In this document: one piece after another, positions 1-8,929 of the stretch | Layout: the number at the start of each line of letters is the position of its first letter | Numbering within the stretch: the stretch's first letter is position 1 | Assembly (NCBI GenBank): GCA_030530205.1 | Contig: JAUMVK010000011.1 | Coordinates: 24,887-88,886 of the forward strand | DNA from: Thermoguttaceae bacterium | GTDB taxonomy: Bacteria; Planctomycetota; Planctomycetia; Pirellulales; Thermoguttaceae | Direction: 5' to 3' | DNA length: 64,000 bases | Program-made: the position numbers and the translations under genes | The notes under the pieces: generated by a model | Databases searched by the model: none | What the model was told of the DNA's origin: nothing | What the model saw: only the letters and a program-made list of their open reading frames with translations

Positions 1-1
1 A

Positions 2-1282
2 GTCCAACTCCCCGCGATGGACGGGTCTTTCGAGGGCCAGGACCTCGTCATCAAAGGCGCGGCCAATGAAATCGTTCTGAAGAACGTGGTCGTCGGCGAA
101 GTCTGGATCTGCTCCGGTCAATCCAACATGGAAATGCCGCTGAACTCGTGGGGCCAGAGCCGCGCCCCCAAAGGCCAGCCTTTCGTTCCACGTCTGGCCT
201 GCACGGAAGAAGAGCTGAACGGCGATTTCAGTTTCGTCCGTTTTAACCGCGAGCAGCACGAAACCTCCGCTGAAGAAAACAAAGACGTGCACTCCGCCGG
301 CTGGCAGCTCTGCAAAGACGGCGCCCAGAAAAACTGCACGGCCTGTGGTTTCCACTTTGCCGTCGCAATTTCCAAGGTCCTGAACGTCCCGGTCGGTCTG
401 ATCGACTCGAACTGGGGCGGAAGCAACATTAATAGCTGGATCCCGGACTACGGTTGGAATCTGGTCCCCGAAACGGTCCAGCCGGGCAAAGACCTTCTGG
501 CGAAACGCGCGGCGGACATGGCGGCGGGTCAGCCGTGCGGCTACCACCACGCTGGCGGGATGTACTACGCGATGCTCGCCCCGTGGAAGAACTACACGGT
601 CAAGGGTGCGCTCTGGTATCAGGGCTGCTCCAATGCCGGCGAGGGCGAATTCTACTACTTCAAGCAGAAGGCGATGATCCTGGCGTGGCGCAAGATCTGG
701 GGCGACATTCCGTTCTACTGGGTCCAGCTCGCCAACTTCATGGCCGAAGACCCGAATCCGAACGCGGCCGGTTGGGGCTTCGTCCGTAACGGCCAGACGA
801 TGTGCATGGAAGTTCCGAAGACCGGTCAGGCGGTCATCATCGAAGCCGGCGAGGCTGGCGACATTCACCCGACCGACAAATGGGACGCCGGAAACCGTCT
901 TGCCCGCTGGGCGCTGGCCAAAGATTATGGCGTTCAGGGGATCGAGTGCTGCTCGCCGATGCTCGAGAGCGTGGCGTTTGACGGCGCGAAAGCGATCGTG
1001 AAGTTCAACCACGTCGGCGGTGGTCTGGTCGTTGCGAAGAACACCGAGCGCGAGGGGATCACGTGCGTCGAAGGCACGCCGAACTGCTTCGCGGTGGCTG
1101 GCGAGGACAAAAACTTCCACTGGGCCGAGGCGAAAATCGTCGGTGAAGACTCCGTCGAGCTGACCTGCGCCGACGTCCCGGCTCCGAAGTACGTCCGCTT
1201 TGCGTTCCAGAACAATCCGAAAGATTTCAACCTCTACTCCAAAGACGGCCTGCCCGCCACACCGTTCAGAACGGATAAATAA
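2..1282 (+). CDS. Sialate O-acetylesterase (SGNH/DUF303-type); 5' end probably off-window
   Basis: ORF 17..1282. ICSGQSNMEMPL catalytic-serine block plus NWGGS and WYQG blocks typical of sialic acid 9-O-acetylesterases. The frame stays open back to base 2. Confidence 0.8.
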   Translation, partial: VQLPAMDGSFEGQDLVIKGAANEIVLKNVVVGEVWICSGQSNMEMPLNSWGQSRAPKGQPFVPRLACTEEELNGDFSFVRFNREQHETSAEENKDVHSAGWQLCKDGAQKNCTACGFHFAVAISKVLNVPVGLIDSNWGGSNINSWIPDYGWNLVPETVQPGKDLLAKRAADMAAGQPCGYHHAGGMYYAMLAPWKNYTVKGALWYQGCSNAGEGEFYYFKQKAMILAWRKIWGDIPFYWVQLANFMAEDPNPNAAGWGFVRNGQTMCMEVPKTGQAVIIEAGEAGDIHPTDKWDAGNRLARWALAKDYGVQGIECCSPMLESVAFDGAKAIVKFNHVGGGLVVAKNTEREGITCVEGTPNCFAVAGEDKNFHWAEAKIVGEDSVELTCADVPAPKYVRFAFQNNPKDFNLYSKDGLPATPFRTDK

Positions 1283-1334
1283 ATACGGGGATGACGCTTC
1301 CAGCGTCGTCAGCAATCTTGTAGGGAATTGAATG

Positions 1335-1802
1335 TTAAATGGGAGGCGCGTAATTCCGGCCACCGGCCTTCATTACCGACTCCCACTCCATCATCGTAAA
1401 GTGAAATTTACGGTGGCATAACTGCAACCGCTCGCCTAGCCCTGCACTGGCGCATGCTGCAGATCCGTCTTGCAGTATGCTTGAGTACGCGGTTATCGCC
1501 TCGAAATCGCTACAATTCCAGCCCATCACGCTCTGCCACATCGCCTGAGTGTCTTCCGTCTCAAGAAGCCAGAACCCCTTGGTTATTTTTACCTTGTGTA
1601 CCGGCTTTTCAAAATCGTATTTATCCCCGCCCATCATAAACTCTCCCGGCGGGCACCAGCGGAAAGCGTATTCGATCCCGTCCGCCGTCAGAACGATTCG
1701 GTCCCCAACATTCGGGTCAGAAGGAAGTTCGTCGGCCCAACTACAGGATACCATAAAGACCCCCAAAAGCAAAAGGGCAAGGGCAGAAAACCGTTTTTTC
1801 AT
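1335..1802 (-). pseudogene. Truncated/decayed FGE (SUMF1, formylglycine-generating enzyme family) paralog
   Basis: The first ~95 aa (signal peptide, RWCPPGEFMMGG, GFWLLETE.TQAMWQSVMG) closely match the 53490..54272 paralog. After that the family motifs are lost. The 3' part overlaps a copy of the dispersed intergenic core element (1345..1392). Confidence 0.6.
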
Positions 1803-1908
1803 AATTCACCTCCAGGCAAATCTTTCTCATTTAATTCGGCGGGCAAGAAAAAATCAAGTGGGAGAGGTTTCGTCATCCGGCACATGGAAAGACTTTTCGA
1901 AGCCGAAT

Positions 1909-2376
1909 CTATTTTCCTTTTCGCTGGAACGTGACTTCGCCGCCGTTTGCCAACGCGGTCTTTTTAACTCCGACGAGCAAGTGCGGGGAGAAAAACGCGG
2001 ACTCGGACGGCACGCCCTCGCGAGTGTACTGGACAACCAGCCCGTTTTTGCACGGCACGACCGACTCGACCGTATAGTTCCACGGCGTATTTCCCCATTC
2101 GATCCAGTAAAGGATCACGTGGTCGTTGAAGTAATCCGGACTGATGAACTTCTGCCTGGAAAACATGACCGCCGCGGGATGAAAGAGCGCTTCGAACTGC
2201 TCGTGGGTCGTACAAATGCCGAACTTGCAGTTTTGCCCCTTTTCCGGGTGGATCGTGTTCGGGACGAAATACGATTTGAACGTTTCAAACGGGATGGCCG
2301 CGGAAGGTGCGTCCCCCAAAACGGAGGCGGTCATTCCCAAAGCGATGGCCGAGGCGATAAATTCTCTTCGATTCAT
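1909..2376 (-). CDS. Hypothetical exported protein (Tat-like signal MNRREFIASAIALG)
   Basis: Clean 155-aa ORF with normal composition and an N-terminal twin-arginine-like signal. No recognisable domain. Confidence 0.5.
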   Translation of the reverse strand: MNRREFIASAIALGMTASVLGDAPSAAIPFETFKSYFVPNTIHPEKGQNCKFGICTTHEQFEALFHPAAVMFSRQKFISPDYFNDHVILYWIEWGNTPWNYTVESVVPCKNGLVVQYTREGVPSESAFFSPHLLVGVKKTALANGGEVTFQRKGK

Positions 2377-2546
2377 GGATCAGTCTCCTGGAGGGTAAAC
2401 TTACTATTGGGTACAAATGCATATTCAGAAAGGCAGCCTGCGACACTTTAAATCGGGAAGGCTAACAAGAGGAGCGTTGACCGTAACGGCCCAGCCAGAA
2501 CGGGCTTTTTTTATCGCCCGTCCTGATGGAGGATCATTGGCAGACA

Positions 2547-3722
2547 TTACAGGCACATACGGAAAATGGCCTCGACGTCGGTCGGGGTCAGGGTCGTGAA
2601 GGAGTCGAGCGTCCCTTTCTCGCCGCAGGCTTTTTTGGCCATGACCGCGAAGTGCGTGTCGTCGATGCCCAGGTCGGAAAGGCGGCTCTTGAGGCCAAGC
2701 GTCCCGAAAAAGAACTCTTCAAGCGCGGCAATGGCGGCCTTTGCGCCTTCCATCAGTCCCAGCGACGGATCGACCCCCATGACCCTCTCGCCGAAGCGTT
2801 TGATGAGCGGGGCCGTCTCTTCGTTCAGCACGTACGTGAGCCAGCGCGGGGTCAGAATGGCCAGTCCGTGGCCGTGCGTAATGTCGTAGAAGGCCGAAAG
2901 TTCGTGCTCGATCGCGTGGCAGGCCGCGTCCTGGACGATACCGTCGAAGAGGAAGCCGTTCAGGGCCCAGCTCGCCGCCCACATCAGGTTGGCGCGCGCC
3001 TCGTAGTCGTTCCCGTTCTTCACGGCGACTGGGGCGAACTTGACGACGGTCGAAAGCACCTCCTCCTGGATCCGGCGGAGCATGTCCATCTCGTCCTCGC
3101 GGCTGAAGTACGCCACGTCGAAAATGTGCGACATAATATCGACGGAGCCCGAGGCCGTCTGGTAGGGGCTGACCGTGAACGTGTTCGTCGGGTCGAGGAA
3201 CGAAACGCGTGGGTGGGCGTTCGGGAAGAAGATCCCGAGCTTGTCGTTCGTCCCGACGTTGCTGATGACGCAGCCGCCGTCCATTTCGCTCCCGGTCGCG
3301 GCCAACGTGAGGACCGTCACGATGGGCAGCGTATCCGTGACCGCCGCTTTGCCGGTCATCAGGTCCCACGAGTCGGTCCCTTCGTACTTCGCGGTGGCGG
3401 CGATCGCTTTGCAGGCGTCGATCGTGGAACCGCCGCCAACGGCCAGCAGGACGTCCACGCCTTCGCGCTTGCAGATCTCCGCGCCCTTATTGACCGTCGT
3501 GTGACGGGGATTCGGCTCCACGCCGGGAAGCTCGAAGACCGTCAGCCCGGCTGCGGCAAGCTGGGTCACCACGCGGTCGTAAAGGCCGATGCGTTTGATG
3601 GAGCCGCCTCCGTAGGCAAGCAAAACTTTCTTTCCGAAGCGTGCCACTTCCTCACCAAGGTGATGGAGCTGTTCTTTGCCGAAATAGATCTTCGTCCGAT
3701 TTGCAAAGATGAAATCGTTCAT
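2547..3722 (-). CDS. Iron-containing alcohol dehydrogenase (YqhD/butanol dehydrogenase-like)
   Basis: 391 aa. GGGS.KR, GVEPNP, AVGGGS.IDA.K and HG.G blocks are characteristic of the Fe-ADH family. Confidence 0.9.
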   Translation of the reverse strand: MNDFIFANRTKIYFGKEQLHHLGEEVARFGKKVLLAYGGGSIKRIGLYDRVVTQLAAAGLTVFELPGVEPNPRHTTVNKGAEICKREGVDVLLAVGGGSTIDACKAIAATAKYEGTDSWDLMTGKAAVTDTLPIVTVLTLAATGSEMDGGCVISNVGTNDKLGIFFPNAHPRVSFLDPTNTFTVSPYQTASGSVDIMSHIFDVAYFSREDEMDMLRRIQEEVLSTVVKFAPVAVKNGNDYEARANLMWAASWALNGFLFDGIVQDAACHAIEHELSAFYDITHGHGLAILTPRWLTYVLNEETAPLIKRFGERVMGVDPSLGLMEGAKAAIAALEEFFFGTLGLKSRLSDLGIDDTHFAVMAKKACGEKGTLDSFTTLTPTDVEAIFRMCL

Positions 3723-3961
3723 TGTTGTTCCCTTTCTTTTGATGTTGGCCTCATAAAATTCTCAGCGACATCCACAGTACCGGTAAATTTATTATAATTC
3801 AAGAAAAAAACTTTGTCAAGGGATCGGGGATGAGAAGTCCTCCAAAGAAATTTCGGATTCTTTTTTTGTACCCCCTTGACAGGCCAAATATTATCGATTA
3901 AACTACAATTAATACAGTTTACCTACCCTTCCTGATTCTACCTTTTTTGAAGGTCCCGCCT

Positions 3962-5479
3962 ATGAATAGTCAGAGATTTACTGTCCCATTTCTTGTTTTG
4001 TGTTTCGTTTTGTCCTCGTGTTTCGTCTGTTCGGCCGCGGATCTGTTCGTCGGCGCAGCGAACTGCAGCATCACGCCCGACCGCCCGATCCTGCTCTCCG
4101 GCCAGTTTTACCGCCGGATCAGCAACGGGGTCCAGATCCCCATCGAGGCAAACGTCGTAGCGCTCGAAAGCCGCGAGGGAGACCAGAGCGTCGAGTCGGT
4201 CGTCATCGTGAGCACCGACCTGGTCTATAACCATCCGAATCTTCAGAAGGCTCTGGTGCCGGAGATCGCGCGGACCGTCCCTGATTTTAACGTTTCGCAA
4301 CTGGTTCTGACTTCGACCCACACGCACGCCAGCGCGGTGATGGACGACAAACAGTTCGAGATCCCGGAGGAGGGAAACGTGATGAAGCCCTCCGAGTACA
4401 TCGCCTGGGTTTGTCCCATCATCGCCCAGACGGTCAAGCAGGCTTGGGATTCCCGCAAAAAGGGGAGTTTCTCGTACGGTCTTGATTTCGCCGTCATCGG
4501 GTATAACCGTCGGGCGGTCTATTCAAACGGCGCGGCTGTGATGTACGGCCACACGGACAAAGACAATTTCCGCTCTATCGAAGGGATGGAAGACCGTGAC
4601 GTGAACTCGATGTTCTTCTGGGACGCGGACGGGAAATTGCTCGCCATGCTCCTGAACGTCTCGTGCCCCTCGCAGGAGGTGGAAGGGATCTCGCAGATTT
4701 CCAGCGATTACTGGGGTGTCGCGCGGAGGCTTCTCCGCAAGGATTTTGAGGACGAAAACCTTCCAATCGTCTGCTCGTGCGGTGCGGCAGGGGATCTTTC
4801 TCCGCACGTGCGTTACGCCGCCAAAGCCGTTTCCCGAATGGACTCCCTGCGTGGTGTTACGCGGCTTCAGGAGCTTGGCCGGCGTCTGGCGGTCGCGGTC
4901 GAAAGCACCTACAAGACAGTTCAAAACGACCGTTACGACCAGCCGATCCTGCGCTACAAAACGACCTGGCTGACGCTTCCGATGCGCATCCCGACCGCGG
5001 AGGAGTACGAGCTGTGCCGCAAGGAATACGAGAACCTGCTCAAAAACGATCCGAAAAACGGGCGGATCGGCTGGAACAAGAGGATCATGAACCGTTACGA
5101 GGACCTCGCGAAAAACCCGCATCCGACGTACGAGACACCGATCAGCGTTTTGCGTCTGGGTGACACTGTTTTCTGCACGAACCAGTTTGAGCTTTACACG
5201 GACTTCTCGATCCAGATCAAGGCGCGGTCCAAAGCGGTCCAGACGTTCGTCTCGCAGATCTCCGCCAGCGCCGGCAAACCGGACGAACAGAATCTCGTGG
5301 ACGGCAAGCCGTTCCCGTGGACCTTCCCGTTGCGGGCGGGGACGTATTTACCCTCCGAGCGGGCCAAACAGGGCGGCGGCTACGGCGCGATCATCCAGTC
5401 TAACACGGTAGGTCCCGAAGGCGGACAAATCATTGTAGAGGAAACACTAAAATTAATCGAGGAAGTTTTTAACGAATGA
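3962..5479 (+). CDS. Exported neutral-ceramidase-like N-terminal-domain protein
   Basis: ATG at 3962 followed by a signal peptide. Paralogous to the C-terminal two-thirds of 8930..11155 (ITPDRP..L.GQ.Y.RIS.G, THTH, NVSCPSQE, CGAAGD.SPH, CTNQFELY blocks). The family call is made by eye. Confidence 0.5.
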   Translation: MNSQRFTVPFLVLCFVLSSCFVCSAADLFVGAANCSITPDRPILLSGQFYRRISNGVQIPIEANVVALESREGDQSVESVVIVSTDLVYNHPNLQKALVPEIARTVPDFNVSQLVLTSTHTHASAVMDDKQFEIPEEGNVMKPSEYIAWVCPIIAQTVKQAWDSRKKGSFSYGLDFAVIGYNRRAVYSNGAAVMYGHTDKDNFRSIEGMEDRDVNSMFFWDADGKLLAMLLNVSCPSQEVEGISQISSDYWGVARRLLRKDFEDENLPIVCSCGAAGDLSPHVRYAAKAVSRMDSLRGVTRLQELGRRLAVAVESTYKTVQNDRYDQPILRYKTTWLTLPMRIPTAEEYELCRKEYENLLKNDPKNGRIGWNKRIMNRYEDLAKNPHPTYETPISVLRLGDTVFCTNQFELYTDFSIQIKARSKAVQTFVSQISASAGKPDEQNLVDGKPFPWTFPLRAGTYLPSERAKQGGGYGAIIQSNTVGPEGGQIIVEETLKLIEEVFNE

Positions 5480-6816
5480 AGAACGAGGGAGAAACCATGC
5501 TAAAACGAAGAGATTTCTTAAAATCCGTCTCTGCGGCGGCGGTTGCGCCGCTGGTAGTTCCGGGAGCGGTTCTCGGGAAAGACGGGCAGATGAGTCCTAA
5601 CGACCGGATCACTATCGCCGTGTTCGGAGTCGGAAACCGCGGCACGCACTCGATCCGAGCCATGCGCCCCCTGCCAGACCACCAGGTCGTGGCGATCGCC
5701 GAGGCCCGGCAGGATCGCGGCGAGGCGGGTTGCCGCCTGGTCGAGTCGATGTACGCCGACCGCATCGAGTCAGGCGAGTACAAAGGCTGCAAGCTCTACC
5801 GGGATTTCCGAGACATTTTGCTCCGAGACGACATCGACGCGGTCTGGGGCACGGTCTGCGACCACTGGCACGGCTGCCTGTACAGCCGGATCATCGAGTC
5901 GGGCAAAGACCTCTACGGCGAAAAGCCGCTTACCCGCTGGGTCGGTCAGGGGGTGAAACTCAAGAAACTCGTGCGCCAGTACGGGACGATTTTCCAGGTC
6001 GGCACCCAGCAGCGCAGTGACCCGAAATTCCGCAAGGCGGCGTTCCTCGCCCGAAACGGCTACCTCGGCAAGGTGACGGAAGTCCAGGTCGCGGCCCCCG
6101 GCGGCACGGCCATCCCGAGTGTTCCGTCCTGCGACCCGCCGGAAGGGTTCGACTGGGATATGTGGTCCGGCCCAGCGCCGCTCCACCCGTTTGACCCGCG
6201 CCGCGTCGAGTGGCTCGGCCTCTACATGATCGAGGACTACTGCGCCGGCTTCATCACGAACTGGGGCGTCCATCACCTCGACATTGCGGGCTGGGGGATC
6301 CCCGAAATCTTTGAAAAACCGTTTGATCTCGAAGGAAAAGGCGTACTCCCCGATTCGGGCATGGCCGACACGTGGATCGCATGGCAAATGACCATGGCCT
6401 ACGATTCGGGCCTGGTCATGCGCTTCTGCAACACCGGGAACCCGTACGAACAGGGGTGCAAATTCATCGGCGACGAGGGCTGGGTCCATGTGAACCGCCG
6501 CGGAATCAAGGCGAGTGACCCGAAACTCCTTCAAATCGAGCCGAAAGACGGCGATGACCCGCTGCACGTCAGTCCGCTCCACGGCGACCCTTACACGGCC
6601 CACACCGCCGACTTCTTCCGCAGCATGCGCTCCCGCAAAGACCCGGTCGCCCCGGTGGAGCAAGGGCATTACGCGACGACGCTCGGAAACATTTCCGACA
6701 TTTGCCTGCGTCTGAACCGGAAACTTCGCTGGGACCCGCAGAACGACTGCTTCATCAACGACGACGCGGCCAACGCCATGCTGACGCGGCCCGAACGCAG
6801 CCCGTGGACGATGTGA
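5476..6816 (+). CDS. Gfo/Idh/MocA-family oxidoreductase with Tat signal
   Basis: MLKRRDFLKSVSAAAVAP Tat signal and a GVGNRG Rossmann motif. The ATG at 5476 overlaps the upstream stop (ATGA). An alternative ATG is at 5497. Confidence 0.85.
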   Translation: MKNEGETMLKRRDFLKSVSAAAVAPLVVPGAVLGKDGQMSPNDRITIAVFGVGNRGTHSIRAMRPLPDHQVVAIAEARQDRGEAGCRLVESMYADRIESGEYKGCKLYRDFRDILLRDDIDAVWGTVCDHWHGCLYSRIIESGKDLYGEKPLTRWVGQGVKLKKLVRQYGTIFQVGTQQRSDPKFRKAAFLARNGYLGKVTEVQVAAPGGTAIPSVPSCDPPEGFDWDMWSGPAPLHPFDPRRVEWLGLYMIEDYCAGFITNWGVHHLDIAGWGIPEIFEKPFDLEGKGVLPDSGMADTWIAWQMTMAYDSGLVMRFCNTGNPYEQGCKFIGDEGWVHVNRRGIKASDPKLLQIEPKDGDDPLHVSPLHGDPYTAHTADFFRSMRSRKDPVAPVEQGHYATTLGNISDICLRLNRKLRWDPQNDCFINDDAANAMLTRPERSPWTM

Positions 6817-6820
6817 GATC

Positions 6821-6946
6821 AACGAATAATGAAGAACGAATAACGAATAATGAGGAGAAAGACTTCAACCTCCCTTCGGTATTCAAACCCGCTTGAGCCG
6901 GAACTCATTCCAATCATTATTCGCTATTCGTTATTCATTATTCATT
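6821..6946. repeat. Long-armed intergenic hairpin H1 (33-bp arms, 3 mismatches)
   Basis: Arms at 6821..6853 and 6914..6946, built of AACGAATAA-like units. The loop contains AGAAAGACTTCAACC (6856..6870), which is shared in reverse complement with H3. Confidence 0.85.
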
Positions 6947-6963
6947 TTTAGAGAGGTAAAACC

Positions 6964-8778
6964 ATGAAAAAATTAATATTCGTTTTTACGTTACTCCTTT
7001 CCGTTCCGCTTTTTGCCGCCAGTGACTGGGATACGACGGGGAAAGGGGGCTCAACTGGAGATTTAACTCCCGAACAGATCGAAGCGGCGTGGGCCGGTTT
7101 CCAGACCTGGGTCGCCGGGACTGACGCGGAAGCCGTCCGCGCGATGGACTGGATCGTCATTAATGCCACGTCCGACCCGGAACTCTGCAAGGCGACGGCC
7201 GCTCGTCTGGCCAAAATGCTGGCCGAAGAAAAGACCAGTGCGGACGCCAAAAAGTACATCTGTGCGAAACTTTACCGGATCGGCACCGACGCGGAGGTTC
7301 CGCTCGTCGCTCCTCTTTTGATGGACCCGGCGACGGTCGATGACGCGCGTTTCCTGCTCGAACGGATCCGCTCGGAAGCCGCCGTTTCCGCTCTGCGCGA
7401 CGCGTTCGGAAAGCTCACCGGCCGGCCTCTGATCGGCGTGATGAACTCGCTTTCGCTCATCCAGGACGAGGCGTCTTTCGCGAAAATCGCCGAGTTGACG
7501 CAAAGCGCGGACGACGAAGTGGCCCGGGCCGCCTGGCGCGCCGTGGGGAATTACGCTTCGGACGCCGCGGCCAAATTCCTGACCGACTCGCTCAAAGCCG
7601 CGAAGGAACCGAATATTCGGCTTGAATCCGCCGCGGTTCGGACGGTCGGACTCCTTGAAAAAGCGGGCAAAAACGACCAAGCCGCGGAGATCTACGCGCT
7701 TCTGGCGCAGGACTGCCGCACGAAAGCCGGCCGGCTCGCGGGGCTGAATCACGCCTTCAAGAAAGAAATGATGGCCGACTGGTACAAGTCGGAGGACCCC
7801 GTCAAGATCCGCATTGCGACCCAGAACGACCCGAACGTCAAAGAGATCGAGTACAATATTCCGGAAACGGCGTCTTCTCTCCTCGCCAAGCTCAAGGCCA
7901 AACCGGACAATCCGGACCCGGTGATCATTTCCCAGCTCGTCGCGCTGAAGTGCTACGACTGCATCGACCCGCTGGTCCAGATCGCCCGGAACCCCGATCC
8001 GGCGGTTTACATAATCGCGGTCGATGGTCTGCGCGGGATCTGCGACCCGGACGTGAACGACCTGCGCCGCATGGTCAAACTCTTCGTGGACCTGAAAGAC
8101 CCGGAAGCGGTGGACGCGGTTTCCCGTGCGATCGGTTTCATCGCGGCTAAAGAGAAAAATCCGGACGCTGCGGTGGATCTGGTCCTTCGTTTTCTGAACG
8201 AGGCGGAGGGAAAAGACTCCGAAGAATTCCGCGCGAAGGCACTCCCGATGCTCGGGCGTTTGGGAACCACCCGGGTTTGGGGGCTGATCCAGGACGCGCA
8301 GAAAGGCTCGCCGGCGCTTCAGGCCGCGGCCGCTCGTGCGATCTGCAACTGGCCGAACGCCGCCCACGCGGATCTTTTGTGGAAGATGGCGACCGAATCG
8401 AAAGAAGCCGCCGACCGTCAGCAGGCCCTGCGCGCGTTCATTCGTGTGATCACGATCCCGTCGAGTGTTTCGCCGGACGTGACGCTTGAAAAACTTCAGG
8501 ACGCTTTCAGGCAGGCGGAAGACCCGGCCGAGATGAAGTTCGCGGTCCAGCGTGCGGCCGCCATCCGCACGACCCGCTGCGTGGCGTGGCTTGCGTCCCT
8601 TTTGGACTGCGAGGTCACGTCTCAGGAAGCGTGCGCGAGCATCGTGGAACTGGCCCACCACCGGTTCCTCCGCCAGCCGAACAAGGCGTTCTTCGAGCCG
8701 ATCCTGCTCGAAGTGGAAAAGGTCGCGAAAGACAAAAATATTCAGGTTCTGGCGGAAAAAGCCCGCATGGGCATGTAG
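6964..8778 (+). CDS. Exported HEAT/armadillo-like repeat protein
   Basis: Signal peptide, then 604 aa of alpha-helical Ala/Leu-rich repeats. No catalytic motif seen. Confidence 0.45.
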   Translation: MKKLIFVFTLLLSVPLFAASDWDTTGKGGSTGDLTPEQIEAAWAGFQTWVAGTDAEAVRAMDWIVINATSDPELCKATAARLAKMLAEEKTSADAKKYICAKLYRIGTDAEVPLVAPLLMDPATVDDARFLLERIRSEAAVSALRDAFGKLTGRPLIGVMNSLSLIQDEASFAKIAELTQSADDEVARAAWRAVGNYASDAAAKFLTDSLKAAKEPNIRLESAAVRTVGLLEKAGKNDQAAEIYALLAQDCRTKAGRLAGLNHAFKKEMMADWYKSEDPVKIRIATQNDPNVKEIEYNIPETASSLLAKLKAKPDNPDPVIISQLVALKCYDCIDPLVQIARNPDPAVYIIAVDGLRGICDPDVNDLRRMVKLFVDLKDPEAVDAVSRAIGFIAAKEKNPDAAVDLVLRFLNEAEGKDSEEFRAKALPMLGRLGTTRVWGLIQDAQKGSPALQAAAARAICNWPNAAHADLLWKMATESKEAADRQQALRAFIRVITIPSSVSPDVTLEKLQDAFRQAEDPAEMKFAVQRAAAIRTTRCVAWLASLLDCEVTSQEACASIVELAHHRFLRQPNKAFFEPILLEVEKVAKDKNIQVLAEKARMGM

Positions 8779-8788
8779 TTTCACGTAA

Positions 8789-8900
8789 GATTCGGAGGGC
8801 CGGCGTCCTCGCCGGTCAAGTTCGGCGAAAGCCGAACGAAAATAAAAATTGGGTTGAACTTCGTTCAACTTGACCGGCGAGGACGCCGGCCCTCCGAATC
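8789..8900. repeat. Long-armed intergenic hairpin H2 (perfect 34-bp arms)
   Basis: 8789..8822 is the exact reverse complement of 8867..8900. The loop holds two small hairpins and a GGGTTGAAC motif related to the H1/H3 core. It may act as a terminator or mRNA stabiliser. Confidence 0.9.
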
Positions 8901-8929
8901 AAGGCCCTCCTTTTAGAATTTAAACAAAA

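Noticed and set aside
2526-3797. Long ORFs antisense to real genes in the GC-rich blocks. These include 2526..3797, 5770..6822, 7063..8868, 8957..10978, 11323..12276, 17511..18593, 19665..21146, 21348..22361, 35738..36450, 56390..57646, 57336..58265 and 60165..61352.
   Set aside because: - The translations are Arg/Gly/Val/His/Asp-rich low-complexity strings without motifs.
- They mirror well-supported genes on the opposite strand.
- This is a typical artefact of high GC with few stop codons.
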